A DNA stretch of 64,000 nucleotides, taken from Vicugna vicugna (lineage: Eukaryota). Location: contig MU058244.1 in assembly GCA_013265495.1 (NCBI GenBank), forward strand, positions 186,001 to 250,000. Direction: 5' to 3'. The notes under the pieces are model-generated. The model did not search any database. It was not told the DNA's origin and saw only the letters and a program-made list of their open reading frames with translations. The position numbers were made by a program, and so were the translations under genes. Positions 51,741-64,000 of the stretch are shown in pieces. Numbering within the stretch: the first letter of the stretch is position 1; each line of letters begins with the position of its first letter.

Positions 51741-53078
51741 CCTCCATGGCTGCCCCTCCTCCCACTCCAGGCCGCACGTGCACCCTCTGCCTGGATGCCC
51801 CAAGGCCACTGGCACCCAGGCCGTAAGCCTTCACGCCCTCAGCCCCACTGCTGTGCTCAGGGGACCACTGTGCCTGGGATCTGCTTCCCCCAAGTTTCTC
51901 TAGAACCCACGCTCGTCCCCCACCCTCACACCTTGGCTGCAGCTGCCAGCATCTCTCAGCAGACCCCTGGTGAGCCCTCCTGCTCTCCCCACCCCAAACC
52001 TGCATAACCCCCATCCCTGCGCAGCACGGCTGACTGGCCTCCTGGAAAAAGTCCAAAAGACCCAGATGCCTGCCCTCCAGAGACAGCCTCTGCCCCCTCT
52101 AGCTGCCTCCTCGCCCCTCACGCTCTGCCCTCAAACCCAGGGCTGTCCCACAGCTTCTGGTGACAGTGGACACGTCCAACACGGCACCGCCAGCCACGCG
52201 CAGCCACTGACACCCGAGGTGTGGCTGGTGAGGCCGAGAGACTGAGAGGTAACTTCACCTCATTTAAATCAGCCTCAGCATAAACAGCCACGTGATGTGG
52301 TCCTCTGCACAGCAGAGGGTACTGCGCGGAGTGGCCTCTCGCCGGCGGAAGCTGCCCGGTCCCAGAATGTGCTGCCTCCTCCAGGCTGGTCCCCTGGCCT
52401 GGGGACTTCACACACATGCTCAGGCCTCAGCTGGAGGTCACGTCTGAGAAAGCTTCCGGCCGCCTCGAGTGCTCACAGGCTGGTCACGCTGGACTGAGGG
52501 TGCTGTCTCACACGGGCATCCTGGCTTGTTCTGCAGAATCCGTGGAGGACCAGGCCCTGCGCCCCCACGCACGCTGCTCTCTGTCCCGCCCTCAGTGGCA
52601 GGACCGCTGGGGCTGAGTCACGCCTGTACCCCCGCCCGGCACACGGCCAGGCCGGGCTCGGTGCTGACAGGAGGCTGAGGCATATTTCCGCTGGGAGGTA
52701 GTCACGGCCAGCGTCATGAGCGCCGGGAAGCCTCCTTTCCAAGAAGCAGGTTGAAATTTGTTGCCAAGAGCCTGTATGCTCCGGTGTGTCTGCCCAGCCC
52801 CACCTGCCTTGCCAACCACCAGCAACTCTCAGCTTCCTCTTATAAACTTGGTGCCCTGTCCCCTAGACCAATCCACTGGAGTTTAGACCTACAAAGCCCT
52901 CGTCGACAGATGGGCAAACCGAGTCCCAGGAAGGGAAGGGATTTACTGGATATCAAACAAGGATGACCACGCCAGGCCTGCTGGCCCTGCGGACACCCCG
53001 GTGCTTCCAAACTTCAGCTGCACGGATCACCTGCACCCCTATTACCCAGCACACACATTTCTCAATATTAAAAACAGA

Positions 53079-53287
53079 CCTGGAGTTCAAAATTTGTAGA
53101 TAGTGACAGGCATATGCAGAACAGATAAACAAGACTATGCCGTACAGCACAGGGAAATAAATACAAGATCTTGTGGTGGCTCACAGCGACAATGAATATA
53201 TGTATGTTCATGTATACCTGAAAAACCGTGCTCTACACTGGGATTTGACACAACATTGTAAAATGACTATAATTCAATTAAAAAAAA
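53079..53287 (+). mobile_element. Short 5'-truncated lineage-specific (camelid-type) L1 3' tail with poly-A
   Basis: gagttcaaaatttgtagata...gataaacaag...gtacagcacagggaa...gaatatatgtatgttcatgtat...ttgacacaacattgtaaaatgactataattcaattaaaaaaaa. Confidence 0.8.
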
Positions 53288-53299
53288 TGTTAAACAAAA

Positions 53300-54215
53300 T
53301 TAAGTACTACACCAAAAGCACAAGCTACAAAATAATATTCGGGTCCAACATCCTCAAAATGAAAACTTGTGTTTCAGAGGACACCACATATGTGATACGG
53401 GTCTTGTATCCAGAATACATAAAGAACGCTTACAACTTACGAGCAAAAAGACAACCAACTAAGCAATAACACAAGATCTGAACAGACATTTCTCCAAAGA
53501 AGGACATGAAAAGATACCCGACATCATGAGTCAGCAGGGAACTGCGTCAGGAGCACAGGGAGACACCGTCTCACACCCGCTGGACGGCTAGGACCAGAGA
53601 GACCGAGAGCAACGAGCACCAACCAGCACGCGGAGGCTGCGGGGGGACCACGACGGCCTGTAGCCACAGCTCCCCAGACAGCTGTGTTCAGTCATCACTC
53701 GACCCAGCAATTCCACTCACAGGCCCACACGCAAGAGAAATGGAAACACGTGACCACACAGAACCCTGTGCGTAAGTGTTCACGCATCCAGAAGGTGGAA
53801 AGAGCCCAGACGCCTAGGAACAGATGAAAGCACAAATAGCCCGTGGTCCATCCATACCACGGAGTAGCCACTGGCCGTAAAAAGGAATGCCACAGCGTGG
53901 ATGAACCACGCACACACGGTGCTCAGTGAGAGGCGCTGGAGAGTGTACGACTCTATTAACGTGAAATTCTTGGATTGGCAAGTCCACAGAGCCAGAGTAG
54001 ACCAGTGGCTGTTCGGGCTAGGAGGAGAGCGAGGCGGGAGTCCTGGGGGTGAGGGCAACACCGCACAAGGGCTCTTTGTGGGCTGATGAAAAGGCTCTGA
54101 AATTGTGGTGCTGGGTGCACAACTCCGTGGACACACTGAAAGCTACTCAACTGCAGGCATTGAGCGGCTGAACCAACTACAATGCGAATTACATCCTGAT
54201 AAAGCTGTTGAAAAA
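53300..54215 (+). mobile_element. Old L1M (L1MB-like) ORF2 end and 3'UTR
   Basis: ctgaacagacatttctccaaagaag, gacccagcaattccactc, agagaaatggaaacacgtgaccacaca, gctgatgaaaaggctctgaaatt, tgcgaattacatcctgataaagctgtt. Confidence 0.85.
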
Positions 54216-57200
54216 CCTTACTTACTTTAACCCTAAAACAAGAGTACCGAGGAAGTCAGGGCTCAGGTGCTAGTTGCATGTTCCACTGCTTGTCAAAAAC
54301 ATATGCCCATCAAACTTCCAGTGGTCTCACGTAAATTACACGTTGCAGCGCCCCCGAGGGCAATGCCTCCCATGCCATCACTGCTCCCTCTAGGTGGAGA
54401 TTTCGGTGAAAAATGCCACCACCGAAGTAACTCAGAATATTCAACTTGCAAAGCTATGACGAGCTCGTAGAAGCAAGTTCTCCTTGAACAGAACTGTTAA
54501 TCATGGATTTTAATTTCTTTAATGCTGTGGTCACAAACCACAGCTGCTTTGATGTTTAGACCACAGCCATGGGGGGCAGGAACACGTGGACAAGCCCTGT
54601 CCCCCGGGGTCTGCTGGCAAGCAGACCACAGTGGGTGCCTGACTCAGGGCCTGGTCAGCACAGGAGGGACGCGGGCGCTGAGACATGCTTGGACTAGACC
54701 AGGAGGAGTACTGGGAGTGCCGGCCGGAGGCACGAGGTCGGCCATCTGTAAAGCCTGCCTGTGCCCACCCTGCCCAGCCAGGGTCCTCTGCCCAGGACAC
54801 GCCCTGCGCAGGGGAAGGAGGCGGCTGCTGTCGGGCGGGCAGGCTGTGAGCACGTTGTTTCCTTTCCTGGCCTCAGCCTCCCAACCCAGCCCCCTGGTCA
54901 CAAGCCTACCCCAGGCCGTCCACCCTGCTCAGCCTTCAGACAGGAGCCCGATGTCCTTCCCACTGCAGACAGGCCGCCAGCGGAGAGCCCGTGGGAGAAG
55001 GGGGCCAATGTGGGCTTCCCAAGGGGCCCCTGGAGTCCGGCTGCCTCAAGCTGCCAGACCATAGGCGGGTGACCTCCGGACTCAGCTCCTCCTGTGACCA
55101 CGGTGGTGACGGCCACACCGTGGCAGGGAGATTGGCCACCTTGGCTCGGGGCTCTGCAGGTTTGGGTTCAACCCCGGGCAGTCCACACTACTCGCCACGC
55201 CCTGGTTCCCGCACCCAGAAGCGGCAGAATCATGATGGTGGGGGTGCCTCTAACTCCCAGGAGTTCCACGACTAGACAGCACGGCGTGACCCCTCGGCAT
55301 GGCACATGGCCCAGGGCACTGGTGGTCGAGGCGCCTGCATACACAGTAAGACACCATGGATGTTGTTACAGACCGCAGCTGGATCAGCAACTCTTCCAAG
55401 GCGAGAGTGACCTCGACGGAGAGGCCAGAAGGGCGTGGAGCCCAGAACAGAAGCCTCCAAACGCACCAGCCTGAGTCCCCGTGGCTCAAACCCCAACTCA
55501 GGGCATCTGCAGAGGGTCCTGCCTGCATCACCGGGGCCAGGGACCTCACCCCGTGGCTCCGGGTGCATCTGGACACGTCCTGCTGGACTCCAGAGGACAC
55601 ACCACCCAGATGAGGGGCCTGCGTGCCAAAGTGAGGCTAGAGGGGTGGCAAGGACCGTGCTATTGTCCAATTCCACACCTGCCAGGGAGGGGCCAGGCCC
55701 ACCTGTCACCTGGCCGCCAACAAGCACCCACGGCCGACCCCACTTGGCGCAACCTCCTCCCCGCATGGCTCCACACACACCACCTGACATCAAGGGGCCA
55801 GGAAGTAGCTCCTCTACTCAAGCTCCAGACTGAGAAGGCGCAAAGGACCCCAGGGTGGCCGGAAAGTTCCAGAGGAGCCCCCACCCCTCCAGAATGCTCC
55901 CCAAGGAGCCCACGCGGGGCCTGGGTCTCACCCGGCCCAAATCAACCCTCCTGAGAGGAGCTGTGAACCAGGCTGGCTGTCCTCCCTGGTCACAGTACTA
56001 AGCAGGCAGCTCCAGTGTCCAGCGTCTTCCCGAGACAGCCCAGCCCACTATGGACGCTCATCAGGGAGACGTGAACTCCCTCCACACAGATGCGGGGAGG
56101 GAGGCCTGTGCTCACGGACCCCAACACAGACACTGGCCTCAGTGCTTGGCTGTTTCCCACCCCCCCAGCAGCCCCCAGCTCTGCTCTCCCGGTCTCCTTG
56201 GTCCCTGTGGACAGTCCCCTCTGGCCTCTGCGCACAGTGCTCTCAGCCCCACTGCGCCAGGCAGCTCTGGATCAGCGCGGGTCAAGCGGCCTTGGGGCAG
56301 CCGGGCAGGGCCGCGGTCCCCTGCGGAGTCCCTGCAGGACATCTGTCCGGAGGAGTGGGAGCAAGAGGCCCTGAAACTGAGGCGCAGCACAAAAACACGC
56401 TCTCAAGTTCAGCAGCAAACTAGCACTCACGCCTGGTTTGACCCGCAAAGCATCTGAAATGCTTCTGAATTAGTTACCATTATTTTCAAAATTTAAAGAC
56501 TAGGCAGAAAAAAATTCTGTATTTCTAAACTATCTATCTTGAGAGTCAGACATCAGGGCAGATGGACAGGATCTGCCAAATGAATAGACAGCTGCCCCCA
56601 GGCGGATCCGTGCCCCGCAGCTTTGACAGTCCACACCCAGCCCAGCAGCCTCACGTGACTCGAGTGGCCTCACAGACACTGGGGGTGCAACCCAGGCTTC
56701 ACACACGGTGAGCCCTCCCACCAGGGCAAAACCGGCCTTGTGTGAAACTAGCCAGCGACGGGAAGCCGCCTTGGCCCTCGTGGGACAGCCGAGCCCCAGG
56801 CCCAGCAGGGTGGACTCACGGACCTCAGGGGCTCGCTGTGCATTTCCAGGGTGGTCGGTCTTCCAGACGTCCCTGCTGCCCCACCCTCAGAGCCCCCGAT
56901 GCCACTGGGCCTTTAATGTTGACTTTGGTAGCACAGTTTCTATTCTGCCTAGGACAGGGCAAGCTGCGGTCAGAGGTCACAGCAGCCAGGCCGCTGGTTT
57001 TAGGGACAAAGCCTCACTGGCTGGGAGGGCAGGGCCGAGCAGCTGAGACACAGACCGCTTGGCTGGCAAGACCGAAAGCAGCCACCCTTTGGTGTCCGTG
57101 TTCAGGCTCTTGCTTGAAACCCTGTCCTTGCTGAGGGGAGACTGGGGAGGAGGGGGTGAGGGTGCAGGACCCTGTGTCACCCCCTTTGTCCCCTCGGTTC

Positions 57201-57300
57201 ACCCGAAAACCTCTGAAAGACTGCATTTTCCACCAGAAACTCAGTGCCCAAGAGCTCCCAGCACCAGCCCCTCACCCCCAACCCCCCGACCCAGCACTTA

Positions 57301-57978
<678 letters not shown>

Positions 57979-59061
57979 GAGGGGCCTTCTGGGAGCTCCA
58001 CACGGACATCAAGGAGACACACTGGAGGGGACACACTGCAGGGTCTGGTGTATGGCAGCCCCGAGGTGGGCATCTCTGCCCGGCTCCCTGTGACTGCGGT
58101 CCCTGTAAGGCACCTCCACCCTCCCTGACCTCAGTCCCCTTTCTGTTGAAAGGGGCTCAGCTTCCCTGCCTGGCCTCCTCCTCCTGGGGCTGTGGTTGGG
58201 GTCGAGACTGACTTGTCAGAGCCTGGCTATGAGGGGGTGAGAGGGACACCGCCTCCTGGGGCCACTCTCACGACCACGTGGGGGTCCCGCCAGCAAAGCA
58301 TCTGGAACACCGTCAGGCTCGTTCAAATTGACCTCGAGGTTGACTCCTCGAATGTTCCCGTGGCCTCAGGGCTCTGTGAGCGCCAAGGCCAGGCCCTCCT
58401 CCAGGTCCCCAGCCCGGCCACCCGCCCCACGGCTGCCAGGACAGCCTGGCTCCATCTGCAGGCCCTTGACCTGGAGTCTGGAGATGCGGCTGAGGTCCGA
58501 TGTGACCCAGGTCTATGGGTGAAGCGCTCAGAGCCCGTGCCCTCCTCAGGAAAACAAATTCCACTTCACTCCAAAACACCTGAAACAACCTACAGATGCC
58601 TGACCCGGGAAGGTGAAGGAGGCGGGGCTGTCCACGTGACCGAACACTCAGCAGCCTCCCAGCGGCACTGAAGAGCTTGTAACGACACAGCGGAACTGCC
58701 AACGATTCTGTCGCTAAGCCGAGCCCTGGAGCCACCACCCTCACACCCTCAAGCGCCTCCTTCAGAGCGGAAGGTGCGGACGCTCAGACGGAGCTGAGGC
58801 CCGGGGGTCGCCTCCCAGGGCTGGGGCTGCTGGCTTTGATTTCCTTCCCCTTGTCTGTGCCTCCTAAATTCCCACAACGATCACCTACTACTTTTCTAAT
58901 CGGATGAAAACAGAAGCGATCATTCAAAGCGCTAGTGGTCTGATTGAGCCCCAATTCACTGTCCCCAGTTCTACTTAATAACTGGGGTCACTGGATTTGA
59001 TTATTCCCTCCTGGGCTAACTGGGACAGCATGCCAGCTCTTTCCATGACTTGTACTTCTAT

Positions 59062-59188
59062 TCTTTTGTTGTTGTTGTTGTTGGGGGAGGTAACTGGGTC
59101 CAGCTTTTAAATGGGGGTACTGGGGATTGAACCCAGGACCTCGTGCGTGCTTAGCACGCGCTCTACCACTGAGCTATACCTTCCCCCC
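59062..59188 (-). mobile_element. tRNA-derived SINE, camelid type (Vic-1-like), with a (CAA)n tail
   Basis: Minus strand ggggaaggtatagctcagtggtagagcgcgtgctaagcacgcacgaggtcctgggttcaatccccagtacc; A box tagctcagtgg, B box ggttcaatcc; (ttg)n on the + strand. Confidence 0.85.
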
Positions 59189-60129
59189 AATAATCCTGCT
59201 TTTTAAAATAACAAAGTATTATGCAAATCTGGTCAGTTTAATCATCCTTGCTCTGGAAGCAAGTCCCACCTGCACCCCTGTGTCCAATCAGCTCCTCCCA
59301 CGGAACAAATAAATGATAAGAAACCAAAGGGCATCAGAACCTCAGAGTGACTGAGGACTCCAGAAACGCAGGGTCTCGCCCACCTCAGCACTGTACTCTT
59401 ACTGGGGGACTGGTGCTGTCCCACCAGCCCATCGGTCACTCTGCCAAGCTGGGGCCAAATGCTGAGAGACGTCTGGAATTCTGCTGCAAAATCACGTAGA
59501 GTCTCCTGAGAAGCTGCCATGTGTCATGGCCGAAAGCAGACTTCAGGGGAGCAGCGGCAGATGCCGCCTGAGCCTCTTTGAAGACAGCTAACAGCCGAGA
59601 GGAAGCAGCCAGGAGCCCACCTGTCAATAAATCTCCACTGGCCGCACGAGTTTCGTGAGTGGAGCAAGGACCTAACGGAATCGCTCTGCAGAAAAGTGCC
59701 GGGACACTACAGGACGTTTCTCATCAGGCCTCTTCCAGACTCACGTTCCAAGCTTGAAGTGACCACTGAGGCCACACGGAGACCCGAGCCAGGGCAGCGA
59801 CGTGCTGACCGTGCGCCTGGAAGCCCACTTCCCCGTGTGCAGCAAGGGGCTGGAAGGTGGGCTTGAGTTCCACCTCCCCTGTCACCAGCTCGAAAGGACG
59901 GAGCCGCTGAACCCGGAACCCCAAGGCAGGCTCCAGGCTCTTGCAAACGGGCCGCATCCAAGGCTCCCACGGGGCCTCTGAGGGCTGCGCCCCTCTCCCT
60001 GAGCAGGCGGCTCCTGATCGGGGCCCGAGGCTCCAAACCTGCTCAGTGGCTCCGCTAAGCCAAGGGTGCAGCGGGCACAGTCTCGGCAGCTGGGTTTCCA
60101 ACCGCGGAGTTGGGGGAGCACCCCTCCCT

Positions 60130-60292
60130 CAAGGCCTGCATCCCCAGGCGCCCCAGCCCTCTCCCACCCGCCCACTGGAAGACGAGGCCTGCATCCCCGG
60201 GGCATACCTGCTGCCTGGCCCAGCCAGCCCTCTCCTGCCCACCCACTGGGAAACCGGGCCTGCATCCCCAGAGGCGCCACTGGGCTCCAGGT
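60130..60292. repeat. Three-copy degenerate tandem repeat (ggcctgcatcccc...cagccctctcc...cccactgg)
   Basis: ggcctgcatcccc recurs at ~60133, ~60186 and ~60257. Confidence 0.75.
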
Positions 60293-61967
60293 GGAGGGTG
60301 TCCTGCCTCCTGAGGAAGATGGCCCTTCTCCCAGGTGTTAACCCGCCAGGTGCACCTCCAGGCCTAGGCAGCAGGGCGTGGGGCTGAGTGTCCGGCTCTG
60401 GCCTGTGCAGCACGGCTGAGAGGCTGCCTGCTCCCTCAAGGGTGCGGTGAGCCCGGCCAGCCTGCAGGATCCTCACAGCCCACCCTCTCCCCGAGACCCT
60501 GCATTTGCACTCGAGGGGGTGTGGAAGCCACAGCACCAGCTCTGGTTGATGCCACATGGGCCCGGGGACATCCTGGACTAACACGAGAGTGCCTGAGCCC
60601 TTGACAGACAGGAATGAGGCGGGCAGCAGCCTCGGGCGTTCCCTAAGCCTCACCTTAACAGGATATTTCCCCTCCCACCAGGAAAGCCTTCGTCCCATTT
60701 GAGACCCGGGCCCTCGAGGCAGAGGTCATCTCCCCGCTGGTCGGTCCTGACTGTCTGTACCTCAGTGTGTGCTCCCTGTCCTGTCCTCCTGGGGCTCTCA
60801 GAACCCCTAACTCCCAACACCCAGAAAGGGGCCTGAGATGCAGGAGGTGCTTGAGAAGGCTTGTGAATGGACAGCGGATGGTCATTGCCCTGGACGACTT
60901 TGTAACGGCCTCGTCTGTGCTCGGAACAAGGGGACACCCCAGCTGTGGCATCTACCGGATAATTCCCAGCGTCCACACAGACGGCTTCCCAGCTTGGCCT
61001 CCGCGAGGGGCAGGAGGAGGGCCGGGTGGGGCTGGGGTGGGAGGCGCTCAGACTCTGCCTGGGCAGCAGCAAGGAGGGGAGACACTGCCCTGCGCCACCA
61101 GTCCCTCTCAGAGGGGGAGCAGCCACGTGACGGGAGAAGGTGGGTGCACCAGGCAGAGACACCCAGTACAGCTTCCAAAGAGCTCTGGAAAACCCAGGTG
61201 CCTGCCCTCAGGCCACGGCCGGCTCCCCAGCATCAGTGAAGGGACAGAACCCAGTCAGCAGAGCCCCCTGAGCAGCAGGACTGCCCAGATGCCAGGAGAA
61301 CAGTGCCTGGAGCTGCCTGCCCCAGCACCCATGCTCCAGGGCCACCCTCCACCCTCCACGGCTCCCAGGACCATTCCCCCACTGGTCACTAATGAGGACC
61401 TACACAAAAAACCACCTACAGGCCCGAGAATAACGGCACCAGACCTCCTCGCTCAGAAACCAGGGCTGACACGTTCTCCTGAAATCGGTAACTGGCTGCC
61501 CTTTTTGGTCTAATTCAGCAGATACCAAAGCACTCAGAGACCTCACCTCCAACACCCTGGGCAGAGCCGAGCCCCAGTCACCCCCGTCCACGTGGGATCT
61601 CGGGAGTGCCTCGCGAGCACTGAGGCAGGGCTGCCCCAACTACCAGAAGCCTCGGGGCTCTCCGCGGGGTCTCCTGGCTGTGTTGGGGCCAGCTCCAGCC
61701 ATCAGGGGTGCCCTTCCTCCCCCAAGAGGGGTCCTGTGTGCCCCCCAGCCCAGCAGAACAACAAGGCAGGCTGGGCCACGTCCCTCCCTCCTTCACTCAT
61801 CCTGCAACAGCAGAAGGCAGCCCCCCATGGGCTGCTAATCGCACGGAAGGCCTTCAGGCGCCCTCGCTGGAAGGCTGTCGGGATAAGTGGCCCAGGAGGC
61901 GATGTTCCAGCACGGAGAGCCAGCCAAGCCACCCTGGCCCCACGGGAGGCCTGGGGAGGGCGCCTAC

Positions 61968-62146
61968 CGACACTGGTGATCTTCTGGGTGCCGAGGTCAC
62001 GCAGCAGGGCATCCACCGCAGGGTTGTGTCTGGAGTACAGCTCGTAGCGGTTGATGCCGATGTGGAACTTGAGCCAGTTGGGGTAGGAGTCCACGGCCGC
62101 CTCCCCCGTAGGCAGGAATTCTTCATCCTCAGGACCTTCGTGTGGC
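61968..62146 (-). CDS. FAM20C: FAM20C coding exon 2 (179 nt); exon 1 is outside the window
   Basis: Translates (R)[59 protein letters not shown], recognisable FAM20C; acceptor ctgcag at 62147, donor gtaggc at 61967. Confidence 0.97.
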
Positions 62147-64000
62147 CTGCAGAAGTGAAGTGGCCCAGGGTCAGCAGGGTCTGAGGAACGGGGGAGCTGG
62201 TGCTGAGCAAGATTTTCACTTTGGAGCCAAACAAAAGCAGATTTATTCAAAGGTGCCTCGACTCAAACAGGACCTGCAGCATCCGCACTTTCCCTGTGGC
62301 TGCTGTTCTGCCAACTAATAATAGACCTGCAGGCAGGTAATTTTCACTTAGTCTCGGGAGACGCCACAGACAGCTATAACTAAAGCAGACCAAAGCAGAC
62401 CGTCAGGGCTAGGCCTGCCATGTCTGTCCTGGGGTCACCAAAACAAGCATGATGTCAGCCTGGGGCTCGAGGGGCTGCCGGCTTCCTGGGGGCAGAAGAG
62501 CCGTGTTTGGCAGAAGTCTCACTGGGCACCCAGCTTCGGTTCCAACGACCAGGGTAGGAATGATGCAAGAGGCTAAATCTGATTTTAATGAAGTGGCTTT
62601 GGGTGGGGAGACAGGAAAGTGGTGCTCACTCCAGCCAAGGCCCAAATTGAGGACCTCTTGCCCACGTGGCCTGGCCTTGTCCAGAGGGAGCCCAGGGACC
62701 AGTCTGAGGGAGGACAGACCCTGTTTGCTGTTGGGATGGAGGAAAAAGTGAACTATCTTAGTTCTAATTTACATGCAAGTGAGGCCGTCCGGCCCCACGT
62801 CTTGCCGCACAGCGGACACTAGAAGCCGCCCTCGGTCTCCATCACTGACCACCGGCTCTGGGCTCTGTCTCTTCTACAAAGAGGCCCAGATCTGAGCCGC
62901 TGCTCTGCCTCTCAAGTTTCTGAGTATTACCTTGAACCTGGCCAGCCAACAAAGCTCACACCTTGATGTGTTTAGAGGGAAAACACCAGGCCGGTCCAAC
63001 TGCGGAGGAGAAAGGGTTTTAGGGGAGGTTTTGGAAACCTAGCCTTTCCCCTCTGTTGCTTGGGTAACCTTTTGCAGGTACTTATTTATTCTGGCCTTGC
63101 TGCTAGTTAACGTTTCACCACCCTGGACTGTAGCATCTGTTTATTTTGATCTGTGTGGCAGAGGAGGGCCTTGGGGGTAGGGGTTTAAACAGAAACAGTT
63201 TAAAAAGATACTCTCGGGAGAGGCTACTCGCTGTTTAGGAAGCTGTTCCCACCCACAAAAGCTGGCACTGTCTGCACCCTGGCTGGGAGAACCCCTCAGC
63301 TATGCGTCACTGGACCAGCACGCCCCTCTGCTAATTTTGTTCTCAGTGACTGGTTTACAAGGCTCATTTGGCCTCCCCAGGCTTTTCTGACGCATCCACC
63401 AGAGCCATGTCACCAAAGCCAGAAGCTTCCCAAGGAAAGGCTGGGGCAGCCTGTCACTCACTACCCCCAGCTCTTTCATTCACAGCCTGACTCCCTCTGT
63501 GAGCCTGTAACCAGGGCCTGGCAGGCCAGCACTGCTTTCCTGTAAATGCAGAACCGGCCCTTTCTGCTCCCGCCTGCCAGGCCTGCCTTCCAGGCCAGTG
63601 GCCACAGGGAGCAGCTCCCACACCACCCAGCAGCCCTTGGGGAGGAAGGCATTCTGGAAACAAAGGCAGTGCCTGAGCCGGCATGCTGCCTGCCCCACAA
63701 ACCTCCCTTCCCTGGAGCCTCTGCCGCAGGGTCCACGCCCTCCTGGGGTCCCGGGGCCTCTTCACATGGTGTCTGGGACGTGGACGGGCCCTTTCTGGGA
63801 AGGGGCCTGAGTTGATCTTGGCTCTCAAAAGGCGCACGGCTGCCTTGAGGGCCCGTCCTGCCAGCAACCACACCAGCCAGCAGGCCCTGCCTCACTCACC
63901 AGTCAGGGTTCTCTGCCGCCGCCGCCGCCCTGGGGTTGAATCTGATGTCACTGTTCACATTGAAGAGGACGTCGTCCTCCGTTAGCGGCGGAAGGGCAAC

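Noticed and set aside
54340-54400. Two weak CTCF-like motifs
   Set aside because: Each has three or more mismatches at core positions; not supportable without a PWM scan
59110-59188. Possible tRNA gene
   Set aside because: A/B boxes are present but followed by the SINE body and a simple-repeat tail, with no proper cloverleaf; it is a tRNA-derived SINE

Overview
Eukaryotic (mammalian) genomic DNA, very GC-rich and subtelomere-like. It is most likely a camelid, inferred from a camelid-type tRNA-derived SINE at ~59.1 kb and a camelid-type L1 3' tail at ~53.1 kb. Two protein-coding genes lie in tandem on the minus strand. (1) FAM20C, the Golgi casein kinase: coding exons 2-10 span 62146 down to the TAG stop at 24861. 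All have GT-AG boundaries and lengths (179/79/93/116/181/110/82/60/250 nt) matching the human gene as I recall it; exon 1 lies beyond the right edge. (2) FOXL3, a forkhead gene with 3 coding exons (14472 down to 13230), 217 aa, in a CpG island. This is the human 7p22.3 FAM20C-FOXL3 synteny. The rest is intron/intergenic DNA with L1, MaLR/ERVL and ERV1 LTR, MIR/L2 and SINE relics, small tandem repeats and several AT-rich motif-dense islands. Almost all other ORFs in the track are chance GC-rich or antisense shadow ORFs. I found no evidence of a wholly new gene system. The most novel candidate is a 36-bp minisatellite grown out of the FAM20C exon 5 splice donor. It supplies an array of donor-like CAG|GTGAC sites; the first two would add in-frame 12 or 24 aa inserts next to the FAM20A/dimer interface residues F354/P357.
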